A DNA stretch of 64,000 nucleotides from an uncultured Vicinamibacterales bacterium (GCA_958295905.1 OY282382.1:4034887-4098886), one strand, 5' to 3'. Counted from the first letter of the stretch, positions 10,250 to 20,362 are shown. A program made the numbers and translations. Notes: generated by a model not told the origin, from the letters alone.

Positions 10250-11674
10250 TCATCCGCCGCTCAATTCCGCCGCGGGCCGGGATGCGGCCGCGAGCGCCGC
10301 CAGAAGCTGTCCATGGATGCCGCCGAAGGCTCCGTTCGACATCGCCACCACGAGATCGCCGTCCCGCGCTTCCTGCGCCACGACCCGCACGATGTCCGAC
10401 AGCTCCGGCAGGTACCGGGCGCACCCGCCCCGGTCGCGGATGGCCGCCGCCAGCTCCGGTTCCGACAGCCGCTCGGAAGCCGGCAACGTCGAGCGATACA
10501 CGCGCCAGATGATCGCTTCGTCCGCATCGCCGAACGCCTCCGCGAACGCCGCCTGAAAGACCCGCCGGCACGCGGTGGCGGATCGGGGCTCGAACAACGC
10601 CCAGATCCGGCGCGACGGGAACGCCGCCCTCAGCCCGGCCAGGGTCTCGCGAACCGCGGTCGGATGATGGGCGAAGTCGTCGTACACGGTCACGCCGCGC
10701 TCGCGCCCGCGGATCTCGAGACGTCGGCGAACCCCCGTGAAGCGGCCGACGGCCCCGGCGATGGCGGGAGCCTCCAATCCGACGGTACGGGCCACCGCGA
10801 ACGCCGCCAACACGTTTCGCACGTTGAAGGCGCCGACCAGCGGCATACGCACCCGGCCGATCGGCGCGCCGCGATACTCCACCGTGGCCGCGGTTCCGTC
10901 CGGACCCGGCTCCACCCCGGTCGCCCGCCAATCGGCTCCGGCCGCCAGTCCGAACGTCTCCACACGGCAGGGCGCCCCCGCGCCCATCTCGATCGCGGCG
11001 GGGCTGTCGGCGCCCACGAGCAGCAGCCCCCGCCTGGGCAGCAGGGTCACAAGCCGCCGGACCGCCACGCGAACCGCCTCGAAGTCGGCGTAAACGTCGG
11101 CGTGGTCGAACTCGAGGTTGCCCACCACGGCAATGTCCGGAAGGTACTTCAGGAACTTTGCGGTCTTGTCGAAGAACGCGCTGTCGTACTCGTCACCTTC
11201 GATCACGAACTCCCGCCCCCGTCCCAACCGGTAGCTGGAACCGAAGTTCCCGATCACGCCTCCGATCAGGAAGCTCGGGTCGCGGCCGCCCTCCGTCAAC
11301 AGCCACGCCACCAGGGACGCGGTCGTCGTCTTGCCGTGGGTGCCCGCGACGACGATCGACCGGTGGTCCCAAAGCCACGTCTCGCGCACCATCTCCGGCA
11401 GCGAGCGATACCGGAGCCCGCGATCGAGCACCGCCTCGACTTCCGGATTCCCCCGCGACACGGCGTTCCCGATGACCACCAGATCGACGTCCGCGGCGAC
11501 GTGCGACGCCTCGAAGCCGTCCAGACAGGGAATTCCCCGCGCGGCGAGAAAATCGCTCATCGGAGGATAGACATGCTGGTCGGAGCCGCCCACGTCATGC
11601 CCCCCCTCCTTGAGCATCGCGGCCAGGGTGGCCATCGCCGTGCCGCAGATTCCAATGAGGTGCACCTTCATCAT
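10250..11674 (-). CDS. mpl: UDP-MurNAc:L-Ala-gamma-D-Glu-mDAP ligase (murein peptide ligase)
   Basis: HLIGICGTAM, VYPPMS, GTHGKTTT, IEGDEYDSAFFDK, DDFAHHPTA, FEPRS, MSNGAFGGIH are Mpl-type rather than MurC-type motifs. Confidence 0.9.
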   Translation of the reverse strand: MMKVHLIGICGTAMATLAAMLKEGGHDVGGSDQHVYPPMSDFLAARGIPCLDGFEASHVAADVDLVVIGNAVSRGNPEVEAVLDRGLRYRSLPEMVRETWLWDHRSIVVAGTHGKTTTASLVAWLLTEGGRDPSFLIGGVIGNFGSSYRLGRGREFVIEGDEYDSAFFDKTAKFLKYLPDIAVVGNLEFDHADVYADFEAVRVAVRRLVTLLPRRGLLLVGADSPAAIEMGAGAPCRVETFGLAAGADWRATGVEPGPDGTAATVEYRGAPIGRVRMPLVGAFNVRNVLAAFAVARTVGLEAPAIAGAVGRFTGVRRRLEIRGRERGVTVYDDFAHHPTAVRETLAGLRAAFPSRRIWALFEPRSATACRRVFQAAFAEAFGDADEAIIWRVYRSTLPASERLSEPELAAAIRDRGGCARYLPELSDIVRVVAQEARDGDLVVAMSNGAFGGIHGQLLAALAAASRPAAELSGG

Positions 11675-11712
11675 CTGGATTGACGGCGGCCCGGGAAGCC
11701 CTGTCGCCCGAC

Positions 11713-12633
11713 TCAGCAGACCGCCGATTCGGTCACCACGAGCCGCGGGCGTCCGCCGCCCACTACCCGCACCTCCACCCCCAGGGGCACCGTCAGGGCC
11801 GGTCCGGTGGTGTGACCGGTCGGGAACCCGAACAGAACGGGCCCAGGAAAGGCCTCCAGCAAATCGGCGGCGACCCCGCAGGCGGTCAACTGACCGCCCG
11901 GTTCGTCGCAGGCCGGAAACTCGCCGCACACGATCGCCGCGGCGCGGCCCAGCACGCCGCCCGCAATCAACTGCGTCAGCATGCGGTCGATCCGGAAGGG
12001 ACGTTCGCCAATCTCGTCGAGCAGCAGCACATACCCGGCCGGCGGCGAGAACGCCTGGGGGGTGCCGAGCGACGCCGCCAGTTGCGTGAGCGTACCGCCG
12101 AGCAACGGCCCGCGCACGTCACCGGGCCGAAGCGCCCGCACCCCGTCGGCTCCGAGCTCGCCCATCGGCGCCGCGGTCATCAGGCCGCGCCGGAAGGAAT
12201 CCGAATCGTAGGCCGCATCGCCGCCGGCCAGATTGACCACCATCGGCCCATGAAAGCAGACCACCCCGCAATGGACCGTGAGATAGACGAGTAACGCCGT
12301 GAGATCGCTGTGGCCGATGAACGCCGGGGGGGTCTCGCCGAGGTCGCCGCAATCGAGCAACGGGAGCAACTGGGCGCTCCCATATCCACCGCGCGCCGCG
12401 ATTACCGCGGCGATGGAAGGATCGCGCCACACCGCCGTCAGCGCGTCGGCCCGCCGGCGCGCCTCCCCCGCCACGTATCCGCGACGGTCGAAGACCCCGT
12501 CGGTGAGCACCGGCTGCAGGCCGAGCCTCGCAATCTCGGTCACGCCGCGGTCGAACCGGCTCCGATCGAACGGGCTCGCCGGCGCCACGACCGCAATCCG
12601 GTCGCCGGACAGGAGGCGGCGAGGCTTCCTCAT
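11713..12633 (-). CDS. ldcA: LD-carboxypeptidase (peptidase S66)
   Basis: IAVVAPAS, ARGGYG, FIGHSDLT, HGPM, DEIGE.PFRIDRML, GH motifs. Confidence 0.9.
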   Translation of the reverse strand: MRKPRRLLSGDRIAVVAPASPFDRSRFDRGVTEIARLGLQPVLTDGVFDRRGYVAGEARRRADALTAVWRDPSIAAVIAARGGYGSAQLLPLLDCGDLGETPPAFIGHSDLTALLVYLTVHCGVVCFHGPMVVNLAGGDAAYDSDSFRRGLMTAAPMGELGADGVRALRPGDVRGPLLGGTLTQLAASLGTPQAFSPPAGYVLLLDEIGERPFRIDRMLTQLIAGGVLGRAAAIVCGEFPACDEPGGQLTACGVAADLLEAFPGPVLFGFPTGHTTGPALTVPLGVEVRVVGGGRPRLVVTESAVC

Positions 12634-13721
12634 TAGGCCCGCGCCATCTCTTCCGCCACCGACTGGTGTTCGGCGGAACCGATCCGTTCCAGAATCTGCC
12701 GGCGCGACAGGGGGCGGCGGGACCGGTCTCCGGCCAGAAAACGCGCCTTGACGCGCTGTTGGCGAGCCCACGCCTCTTCGACCCGCCGGCCGTCCAATCC
12801 GCCCGCTTCGACCGCATGAATGATCGCCTCGAGGACCGACGCATGCCGTTCGACCGACGCCCCGCAAACGAGAATGGTGTCACACCCGGATGCGAGCGCC
12901 TGGACCGCGGCCTGCTCGACGGTCCGGTCCGCGGTGATCGCCCCCATTTCGAGGTCGTCGGTCACGATGAGCCCGCGATGACCGCACTCGCGCCGCAGGA
13001 TCCGCTCGACGATCGTGCGCGACAAGGTCGCCGGATACGCCTCGTCCAGCGCCGGATAGACCACGTGCGCGGTCATGACGGCCGCGACCTCCGCCGCGAC
13101 CGCGGCCCGGAACGGCGCCATCTCCCGCTCGCGGAGTCGTTCCGGATCGTGCCCTACCACCGGCAGCTCGCGGTGGGAATCGACCGCGGTATCGCCGTGT
13201 CCCGGGAAGTGCTTGGCGCAGGCCGCCACCCCACCTTCCTGCAGGCCGGCGACGATGCTGCTCCCGAGCCGGCCCACCGTCCCGGGGTCCGACGAGAACG
13301 CCCGATCTCCGATCACCGGGTCCGCCGAGTCGTTGTGGAGATCGAGAACCGGCGCGAAGTCGAGGGTCACGCCCACCGCCGCCAGCTCGGCCGCCAACGC
13401 CCGCGCGAAGCGGCGCGCCAGGGCCTCGTCGCCGTGCCTCCCGAGGTTGGCCATGGCCGGCCATTCGGTGAACGACGCCCGCAGCCGGGCGACCCGCCCC
13501 CCTTCCTGGTCGATCCCGACCCACAAGGGCGTTTCCCGCGCGAGCCCCTCGACCTCGAACGTCAGTTCCGCGACCTGCTCCGGCGCCTCGACGTTGCGCG
13601 CGAACAGCACCACCCCGCCGAGATCCCATTCACGAGCGAGCGCACGGAGCTCGACGGGCACCGTGGCTCCGCCGAACCCGGCCATCAACACCTGTCCCAC
13701 CTGACGATGCAGAGCGGTCAC
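12633..13721 (-). CDS. nagZ: Beta-N-acetylhexosaminidase (GH3)
   Basis: IDQEGGRVARL, KHFPGHGDTAVDSH, TDDLEM motifs. Confidence 0.95.
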   Translation of the reverse strand: MTALHRQVGQVLMAGFGGATVPVELRALAREWDLGGVVLFARNVEAPEQVAELTFEVEGLARETPLWVGIDQEGGRVARLRASFTEWPAMANLGRHGDEALARRFARALAAELAAVGVTLDFAPVLDLHNDSADPVIGDRAFSSDPGTVGRLGSSIVAGLQEGGVAACAKHFPGHGDTAVDSHRELPVVGHDPERLREREMAPFRAAVAAEVAAVMTAHVVYPALDEAYPATLSRTIVERILRRECGHRGLIVTDDLEMGAITADRTVEQAAVQALASGCDTILVCGASVERHASVLEAIIHAVEAGGLDGRRVEEAWARQQRVKARFLAGDRSRRPLSRRQILERIGSAEHQSVAEEMARA

Positions 13722-13789
13722 GGCAAAGGCCCTCTGCTCCCGGGGCGGCCCGGCCGCGGGCGCGGGAGCCCTGCGATTATAATGCCCGC

Positions 13790-14791
13790 GTGCAAGTGCG
13801 CGCTTCGGCCCCGACCCGCATCGATCTCGCCGGGGGCACGCTCGACATCTGGCCCCTGTATCTCTTTCACCCCGGCGCGCAGACGGTGAACGCGGCCATC
13901 GGGCAACGCGCTGTCTGCACGGTGTCGGCCAGCCCGGACGGCCGCCTGCGGATCGTGTCGGAGGATACCGGGGCCGACCTCTCCGCCGACGGCTGGCGGC
14001 AGCTCTCCACCGACGGCGACAACCGCCTGCCCGCCCATATCGTCCGGTTCTTCGAGGTCGACGGCGTGCGGCTGACGACGCGCGCGGCGTCGCCGGTCGG
14101 GGCCGGGATCGCGGGTTCCTCCGCGCTCAACGTCGCGGTATGCGCGGCCCTCGCCGAATGGTGTCGGGTCGACTATCCCACGGAGCGGCTCCTGACCCTG
14201 GCGATGAATCTGGAAGCCCGCACGCTGGGCATCCCGACCGGCGTCCAGGACTACCGGCCGGCCTGCTACGGCGGCGTCTCGGCGATAGAGCTCGGGCCGG
14301 CGGGAGTAGGTCGGGTCGCTCTCGACGTCGATCCGACGGATCTCGAGCAACGCATCGTGCTGGCGTACAGCGGCGACTCGCGATCGTCGGGCATCAACAA
14401 CTGGGAGATCACCCGGAGACACATCGAGGGCGATTCCACGATCGTCGCGCACTTCCGTCGCATCGCGGAGATCGCGGCGGCGACCCGGGACGCCCTGACC
14501 CGCCACGATTGGACCGAGCTCGCGAGACAGGTGACGCTTGAATGGCGTGAGCGGCAGGCCCTCGCGCCCGGGGTCACCACGCCGGTCATCGACCGACTGT
14601 TCGCCGCCGCGGGCGCGGCCGGCGCGGCGGCCGGGAAAGTCTGCGGGGCGGGCGGCGGAGGATGCATCTTCTTTCTCGTCGACCCGCGCCGGCGCGATGC
14701 GGTGCGCAGCGCGGTGGCCGGAGCCGGCGCCCGCCTGCTGGAGTGTCCCATCGACCTCGACGGACTCCGCGTCGAACGGCTCGCCGACTGA
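13790..14791 (+). CDS. GHMP-family sugar kinase (HddA/fucokinase-like)
   Basis: APTRIDLAGGTLD, PVGAGIAGSS ATP loop, GVQD, KVCGAGGGGC. Confidence 0.85.
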   Translation: MQVRASAPTRIDLAGGTLDIWPLYLFHPGAQTVNAAIGQRAVCTVSASPDGRLRIVSEDTGADLSADGWRQLSTDGDNRLPAHIVRFFEVDGVRLTTRAASPVGAGIAGSSALNVAVCAALAEWCRVDYPTERLLTLAMNLEARTLGIPTGVQDYRPACYGGVSAIELGPAGVGRVALDVDPTDLEQRIVLAYSGDSRSSGINNWEITRRHIEGDSTIVAHFRRIAEIAAATRDALTRHDWTELARQVTLEWRERQALAPGVTTPVIDRLFAAAGAAGAAAGKVCGAGGGGCIFFLVDPRRRDAVRSAVAGAGARLLECPIDLDGLRVERLAD

Positions 14792-15168
14792 CGGCCCGGA
14801 CTCCGCGGTGAGGTCTTCTCCGTGCCGCACGCCCCCCGCAGCAAGGCGCGGCGAGCCCGTCCTCGACGCCACGTCCCCCGCGGTGGCGCCGGCCGGCGGG
14901 GCGCGGCGGGGACCCGAGAACCGTAACTCGAACCCGACCGATCGCAGCGCACCCCGCCCCGACGCCGTTGCGCCCATCGCGGTGTCCGTGGGCAGCAGTA
15001 CCGCGGGTACACGCCGCGCGGCCACCGCGGCGCTTTACTTCTGCGCGCGGGTCGGTTTACGGCGGTGGGGAAGCTGAAGAGAAGGAGCCGCCGCACGGTC
15101 ACCGCGGCTGGAGGTCCGTAGACGTCTGCTGGATGCGTTTCCGAAATGAAGCAGGGGCCGCCGCACGG

Positions 15169-15981
15169 TTACCGCACCTGGAGATAGCTGCGGTAGTTCT
15201 CGAGGGTGATGCGCGCGGTCGCCACCTCGCCCGGGCCGCCGAGCGAACGCCCGTCCTGCTGGTTGATCGTGAAATCGAACTGCCCGGCGTTCCCGATGTT
15301 GAGGGTAATCTCGTCCTCGGCTTCGTGGGACTCCTCTTCACCGGCCTGCATGAGGCGGGATACCACCAACTCCCCGTCCACCGTCAGCGACACCCAGCAC
15401 TCGCCGCGCGGCCGCAGCACGATGGCCAAGGGCTCCGAAACTGCCGCAGCCTCTTCGACACCGGCCGGCGCGGCGGGCGGCGACGGTGGCGGGGCGGGCA
15501 TCGCAACGACCGGAGCGCCGGTATCTTCCAGCCCCGGAGAATCGTTCGACATGCTGCGCACGCCCAGGAACAGCAATCCCGCCAGCGGTACGCCGACGAC
15601 CAGCACCTTGACCACGGTCTCGACGACGACCCGCCGCGAACCGGGCATCTCGTCGTCCTCGTGCGGCCGGCCCGCCTCCTGGGCAACCTCGACCGGAGCC
15701 TGCGCCATGAAGTCGCGCGTCGTCTGCTCGGGATCCAACCCGACCTCTCTGGCGTAGGATCGCACGAAGGCCCGCGTGAAGATCCCGCCCGGCAACGAGT
15801 CGAAATCGTTCTGCTCGAGAGCCTCCAACGCGCCGATGGAGATCTTCGTGGTCGCGGCGATGTCCCGGAGTTCCATGTTCCTGGCCTCGCGCTCCGCGCG
15901 AAGACGCGCTCCCACGTCCGCGGACGGATCCGGCGACGCCTCCGAATCGGTCGAGACGACGTTCAGGATTGCTCCGAGCAT
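15169..15981 (-). CDS. RodZ-like HTH membrane protein (DUF4115-type C-terminus)
   Basis: VGARLRAERE..TKIS..LEALE..LPGGIFTRAFVRSYA; single TM segment; CWVSLTVDG..IGNAG. Confidence 0.85.
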   Translation of the reverse strand: MLGAILNVVSTDSEASPDPSADVGARLRAEREARNMELRDIAATTKISIGALEALEQNDFDSLPGGIFTRAFVRSYAREVGLDPEQTTRDFMAQAPVEVAQEAGRPHEDDEMPGSRRVVVETVVKVLVVGVPLAGLLFLGVRSMSNDSPGLEDTGAPVVAMPAPPPSPPAAPAGVEEAAAVSEPLAIVLRPRGECWVSLTVDGELVVSRLMQAGEEESHEAEDEITLNIGNAGQFDFTINQQDGRSLGGPGEVATARITLENYRSYLQVR

Positions 15982-16622
15982 CGGCGAATCTCCGCTACGA
16001 TTGAGCTGATGGCATCGAAATGGCCCGCCGGTCCGGGCTCCGCGAAAAGACCGATCGCGGCCACTCCGGCCGCCCCGGCATCCAGCACTTCCCGGACGCG
16101 GTCGACGGTCACGCCGCCGATCGCCAATACCGGAAGACGCACCGCCCGGGTCGTCGCGGCGAGCGCTTCGACGCCGCAGGCGGCTTGGCCGGGCTTCGAC
16201 GCCGACGCGAACACGGTACCCATGGTCAGATAGTCCACGCCGCCCTCGGCCTCCACCCGCGCCGCTTCCGCCGCCCCGTGCACCGAACGTCCCAGCAGGA
16301 ACCCGCGGGGAAGATGGCGCCGCATCACCGGTGCGGGAACCGAAGAGGTCCTCAGATGCACCCCCGCGGCCCCGGCCGCCAACGCCACGTCGAATCGATC
16401 GTTGACCAGAACGAGCCTCCCGGTCCCCCGCGCAACGCCGACGGCGCGGGACACCAGATCGAACAACGGGCGATCGGGCAGGTTCGGCTCGCGGACCTGA
16501 ATGAGATCCACGCCGGCGTCGACCGCAGACGCGATCTGTTTCTCCGCGAGGTCCGCACCGCCGCCCTCCGGCGCCAGACCGCGCAGGCTTGTGACCAGCG
16601 CAATGAGCGGCCGCCGGGTCAG
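15963..16622 (-). CDS. thiE: Thiamine-phosphate synthase (ThiE/TenI family)
   Basis: IQVRE, VNDRFDVALA..GVHL, GRSVH, SASKPG, VLAIGGV; start uncertain (possible CTG at 16622). Confidence 0.8.
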   Translation of the reverse strand: MTRRPLIALVTSLRGLAPEGGGADLAEKQIASAVDAGVDLIQVREPNLPDRPLFDLVSRAVGVARGTGRLVLVNDRFDVALAAGAAGVHLRTSSVPAPVMRRHLPRGFLLGRSVHGAAEAARVEAEGGVDYLTMGTVFASASKPGQAACGVEALAATTRAVRLPVLAIGGVTVDRVREVLDAGAAGVAAIGLFAEPGPAGHFDAISSIVAEIRRCSEQS

Positions 16623-16936
16623 CGCTTCCGCAACCAGGAACCGGCCTCCTCCGCGAGCACGCGCTCCGCCCCGGCCGCGGACGGCGCCGGCCGCTCTGAC
16701 CCGCGGCGCCGCAGGATTGCCCGGCCGAGCATGACCGTCAATTCCCGGACGCCGATGCCGAGAGTCACGAGACCGACCCCCGACACCGCTCCCCGGACAC
16801 CGTGCAGACGGGCCACGCCCGCCCAGAACGGCAGGGCTTCGACGAACAGATTCCGCTCCCACATGATCGACCATGGCGCGATCAGCAGCACCAGCCCCGT
16901 CTCGAGGAAATAGACGATCAACAGGATCCGCGACAA
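16619..16936 (-). CDS. Small two-TM membrane hypothetical protein
   Basis: ILLIVYFLETGLVLLIAPW and VRGAVSGVGLVTL hydrophobic segments; abuts thiE; TTG start. Confidence 0.6.
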   Translation of the reverse strand: MSRILLIVYFLETGLVLLIAPWSIMWERNLFVEALPFWAGVARLHGVRGAVSGVGLVTLGIGVRELTVMLGRAILRRRGSERPAPSAAGAERVLAEEAGSWLRKR

Positions 16937-16967
16937 TCGATGGATTTCACCCTCCCGACGGGTCTGA

Positions 16968-17165
16968 CAGCCCGTGGCGAAAGTCCGCCGCTGCATTCGA
17001 GCGGCGATGCATCCCGCCTGAACGGCGTTGTTCATCGGACGACATGCTGTCCGCGGTCGCAACCGGTCCGATTCTACGCCCTCCCCACACCTTGTCAGGC
17101 GGGCGCTTTTCAGCCCGCTGGACGCCTTCGCCGCTCGGCGCAACGCGGGATTTCACCACGGGCGG
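16968..17165. mobile_element. MITE-like repeat family B, copy 1
   Basis: Imperfect terminal inverted repeats CAGCCCGTGGCGAAA...TTTCACCACGGGCGG; internal block (reverse complement GAACAACGCCGTTCAGGCGGG..CGCCGCTCGAA) shared with 50504-50679 and 63670-63830. Confidence 0.65.
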
Positions 17166-17196
17166 TTGAGCAGCCTATCCGATGGATCCGATGGTA

Positions 17197-17889
17197 TCAG
17201 ACAAAGAGGACCGGTCGAAATGTTCGGCGATGCGCCGGCGAATAGCCGTGACGGGCCACCGCTGCCAGATGCTCCCGGGTTGCGTATCCCTTGTGGCGCT
17301 CGAATCCGTACCGATTGTCCACGTGATGCAGATGGACCATGTGGCGGTCACGGGTCACCTTGGCGATGATCGACGCTGCGGCGATGCACGCGCACCGCCG
17401 GTCTCCCCCGACCACGCCGCGTTGTGGAATGAAGACGGCCGGGATCCGGAACGCATCGACGAGGACGAAGTCCGGCAACGGCGTCAGACCGCTCAGCGCA
17501 TCCCGCATCGCCGCCAGAGACGCCTGGTGCACATTGATCCGGTCGATCTCCTCCGGCCCCCGGACGCCGACGCCCCAGGCCAGACAAGAGTCCAAGATCC
17601 GGTCGTACAGACGCACCCGCGCCGCGGCGGTCAGCAGCTTCGAGTCCCGAAGCCCGACGAGACGCCGGGAAGACAGCACCACCGCGCCGGCAACCACCGG
17701 CCCCGCCAGAGCTCCCCGGCCGGCCTCATCGACCCCGGCGATGCGGGCGAATCCGATCCGGCGCAACGCGTTCTCCGCCGTGCGCCGCGCCGACGACCGC
17801 GCCCGCGATCGCCGATGGATCCGACCCGCCGGCTTCCGCTCCTCGTCCGTCACGTCCCCCGGTGGTTCGCGGCGACCGCGCCGCGGCAT
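17197..17889 (-). CDS. rnhB: Ribonuclease HII
   Basis: AGVDEAGRGALAGPVV, LRDSK, IAAASIIAKVTRD, HKGY. Confidence 0.95.
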   Translation of the reverse strand: MPRRGRREPPGDVTDEERKPAGRIHRRSRARSSARRTAENALRRIGFARIAGVDEAGRGALAGPVVAGAVVLSSRRLVGLRDSKLLTAAARVRLYDRILDSCLAWGVGVRGPEEIDRINVHQASLAAMRDALSGLTPLPDFVLVDAFRIPAVFIPQRGVVGGDRRCACIAAASIIAKVTRDRHMVHLHHVDNRYGFERHKGYATREHLAAVARHGYSPAHRRTFRPVLFV

Positions 17890-17910
17890 TCGAACCGGCG
17901 CCGGCGGAGG

Positions 17911-18276
17911 CTACTTCCGCTTCGATCCGTCGGTGGGCCGACGCCGCTCGCGCAGACGGGCCGCACGACCCCGCAGACCGCGCAGGAAGTAGAGCTTGGC
18001 CCGCCGCACGCGGGCCGCGCGCCCGACCTCGATCTTGTCGATCGACGGAGAGTGCAACGGAAAGATGCGCTCGACGCCCTGTCCGAACGACACCTTCCGC
18101 ACCGTGAACGTCGCGCGGGGCCCGCCGCGGCGAATGGAGATGACGACCCCCTCGAAAACCTGGATGCGTTCCTTCTCTCCCTCCCGAATCCTGACGTGCA
18201 CGCGAACCGTCAGCCCCGGCCGCAGATCCGGGCGCTCGCGCAGTTGTTCCTGTTCCAACGTCTCGATGGCATTCAT
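17911..18276 (-). CDS. rplS: 50S ribosomal protein L19
   Basis: [45 protein letters not shown]. Confidence 0.97.
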   Translation of the reverse strand: MNAIETLEQEQLRERPDLRPGLTVRVHVRIREGEKERIQVFEGVVISIRRGGPRATFTVRKVSFGQGVERIFPLHSPSIDKIEVGRAARVRRAKLYFLRGLRGRAARLRERRRPTDGSKRK

Positions 18277-18351
18277 CTCACCGCTCCAGAACCAGCACGC
18301 CGCCGGCTCCCAGCCGGCCAACCCGCCGCATGTTCGCGTTCCGCAGGCCTG

Positions 18352-19095
18352 TCACTCCCCGCGGACGCGGTTCTTCAACTCCTCCAGGATGACCTGATCC
18401 TCGCCGTCCAGGGCCGCGGCATCCAAGAGGTCCGGCCGGCGCGCCAGCGTTCGCTTCAGCGCCTCCCGCTTTCGCCAGCGGCGGATTTCACCGTGGTGCC
18501 CCGACAGCAGGACATCGGGCACCGCATGCGACTCGATCGCCGCCGGCCTCGTGAAGTGCGGGTGATCGAACAACCCGCGCACGAACGAATCGTCGTCGAC
18601 CGAGCGGGCGTCGCCGACCACGCCCGGCACGAACCGGGCCACCGCGTCGACCACCACCGCCGCCGGCAGCTCCCCGCCGGTCAGCACATAGTCGCCGATG
18701 GAGATCTCTTCCGTGGCCACCAGCTCCCGCACGCGCTCGTCGACCCCCTCGTAGCGGCCGCAGAGCAGCGTGACATGGCGCAACCGGCTCAGCCGCAACG
18801 CCTCCCCATGGGAGAACGACCGGCCTTGCGGTGACATCAGCACCACGGCGTCCGGGGGGCCGAACCGACTCCGGATCGCGGCAACCGCATCGGCGAACGG
18901 CTCCGCCTTCATCACCATCCCCGGTCCGCCGCCGTACGGCGCGTCGTCCACGGTGCGGTGGCGGTCCGACGTGTAGTCGCGCAGGTCGTGCACGCCGATC
19001 TGCACGATCTCCCGCTCCAGGGCCCGGCCCAGCACGCCCTCCCGCACCATCACGTCCATCATGCGCGGGAAAACGGTGACGATGTCGAACCTCAG
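18352..19095 (-). CDS. trmD: tRNA (guanine-N1)-methyltransferase
   Basis: VDDAPYGGGPGM, CGRYEGVDER, SIGDYVLTGGE; conserved N-terminus (x)RFDIVTVFP begins at CTG 19095. Confidence 0.95.
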   Translation of the reverse strand: MRFDIVTVFPRMMDVMVREGVLGRALEREIVQIGVHDLRDYTSDRHRTVDDAPYGGGPGMVMKAEPFADAVAAIRSRFGPPDAVVLMSPQGRSFSHGEALRLSRLRHVTLLCGRYEGVDERVRELVATEEISIGDYVLTGGELPAAVVVDAVARFVPGVVGDARSVDDDSFVRGLFDHPHFTRPAAIESHAVPDVLLSGHHGEIRRWRKREALKRTLARRPDLLDAAALDGEDQVILEELKNRVRGE

Positions 19096-19658
19096 TATCG
19101 CCCCCCATCACGCGCCGCCGGGGAACGACGCGAACGGTTGAGATCCAGCAGTCCCTCCGGGGGATCGAGAAGAATCACCCGCTCCCGCGGATCGATACGC
19201 ACGCAGATCGAGGCGACCAGCGGTACCTGCACCTCCGCGCCGGCGTCCTCGATGACGAGCCGGTGCGTGCCACCGCCCCCTTCGATCGAGACGACCGTTC
19301 CCACCGGCCGGCCCCCGACCGTTTCCACACGGCATCCGATCAGCTCGTGGTGGTAGAACGTGCCGGCCGGCAACCCCCCCAGGGCTTCCGCCGGTATCCG
19401 AACCTCGACGTTCGCCAGCGCCTCCGCACCGGGGATCGTCGACACGCCCTCGAAGCCGATGATGGGCCGGCCCCGGTGGAAACGCACATCGCGGACCACG
19501 AGTCGTTCGACATCCTCCCCGCGGCGAACGTAGACGACGTTTCCCTTCCGGAACCGTTCTTCAACGAAATCGGTATCCGGATTGACGATGACGCGGCCCG
19601 CGTTGCCGTGCGGCCGGGCGATGCGGCCCACCGCAATCATCACGTCCCAGTCCGGCAT
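19092..19658 (-). CDS. rimM: Ribosome maturation factor RimM
   Basis: VGRIARPHG..G, FYHHELIGC, position between khpA and trmD. Confidence 0.92.
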   Translation of the reverse strand: MPDWDVMIAVGRIARPHGNAGRVIVNPDTDFVEERFRKGNVVYVRRGEDVERLVVRDVRFHRGRPIIGFEGVSTIPGAEALANVEVRIPAEALGGLPAGTFYHHELIGCRVETVGGRPVGTVVSIEGGGGTHRLVIEDAGAEVQVPLVASICVRIDPRERVILLDPPEGLLDLNRSRRSPAARDGGRY

Positions 19659-19747
19659 GGTCTCGGCCCGATCCGCCGGACCCGCGCTCAGGAACGGACG
19701 ACCGCCGGCCGCCCTCGGGGGGTCCCGCGCCGATAGCGCCACTGCGG

Positions 19748-20005
19748 CTAACCGGCCCGCTGCGGGCCGTCGACGAAGTCGACGACGACCCGCCGGTCCC
19801 GCAACCCGGCCCCCAACCCCGCCAACACCCGGATGGACGCCGCCGTGCGGCCCTGACGTCCGATCATGCGTCCGAGGTCCTGACCCGCGGTGGACAACTC
19901 GACGTGGGTCGTTTCCTGCCCGTCCCGCTCGGTCACGGAGATGTCCTCGGCGCGATCCGCCAGCTCGCGGGCAATGACCTCGACCACGTCCCGCGCGCGG
20001 CTCAT
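19748..20005 (-). CDS. khpA: KH-domain RNA-binding protein KhpA
   Basis: DLGRMIGRQGRTA GxxG loop; ATGA overlap with rpsP. Confidence 0.9.
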   Translation of the reverse strand: MSRARDVVEVIARELADRAEDISVTERDGQETTHVELSTAGQDLGRMIGRQGRTAASIRVLAGLGAGLRDRRVVVDFVDGPQRAG

Positions 20006-20307
20006 GCGGTCACCGCCGGTTCGTCGCCGGCCGGCGCGGCGGCCGTCTCCGGCTCGTCCGCCGGCGGCGGCGGAGCGGGATGCCGCGCCAGCAACGTGCG
20101 GACGGTGTCGGATGGGCGCGCCCCCTTGCTGATCCAGTACGCCACCCGGTCGTGGTCCACCTGCAGCAGTTCCGGCTCCGAACGCGGATTGTAGTGCCCC
20201 AGCGATTCGACGAAGCGACCGTCTCTCGGCACGTGCGATTCCATGACCACCACGCGATAGAACGGGCGTTTCGTCGTCCCGACTCGAGTCAATCGAATAG
20301 TCAACAT
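20002..20307 (-). CDS. rpsP: 30S ribosomal protein S16
   Basis: MLTIRLTR.G..KRPFYRVVV..PRDGRFVESLGHYNP. Confidence 0.97.
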   Translation of the reverse strand: MLTIRLTRVGTTKRPFYRVVVMESHVPRDGRFVESLGHYNPRSEPELLQVDHDRVAYWISKGARPSDTVRTLLARHPAPPPPADEPETAAAPAGDEPAVTA

Positions 20308-20362
20308 TTTCGCCTGTCGTCTCCTCACCCCGCGCGCTCCACTCCCTCGGCGCGGGCTCCCG

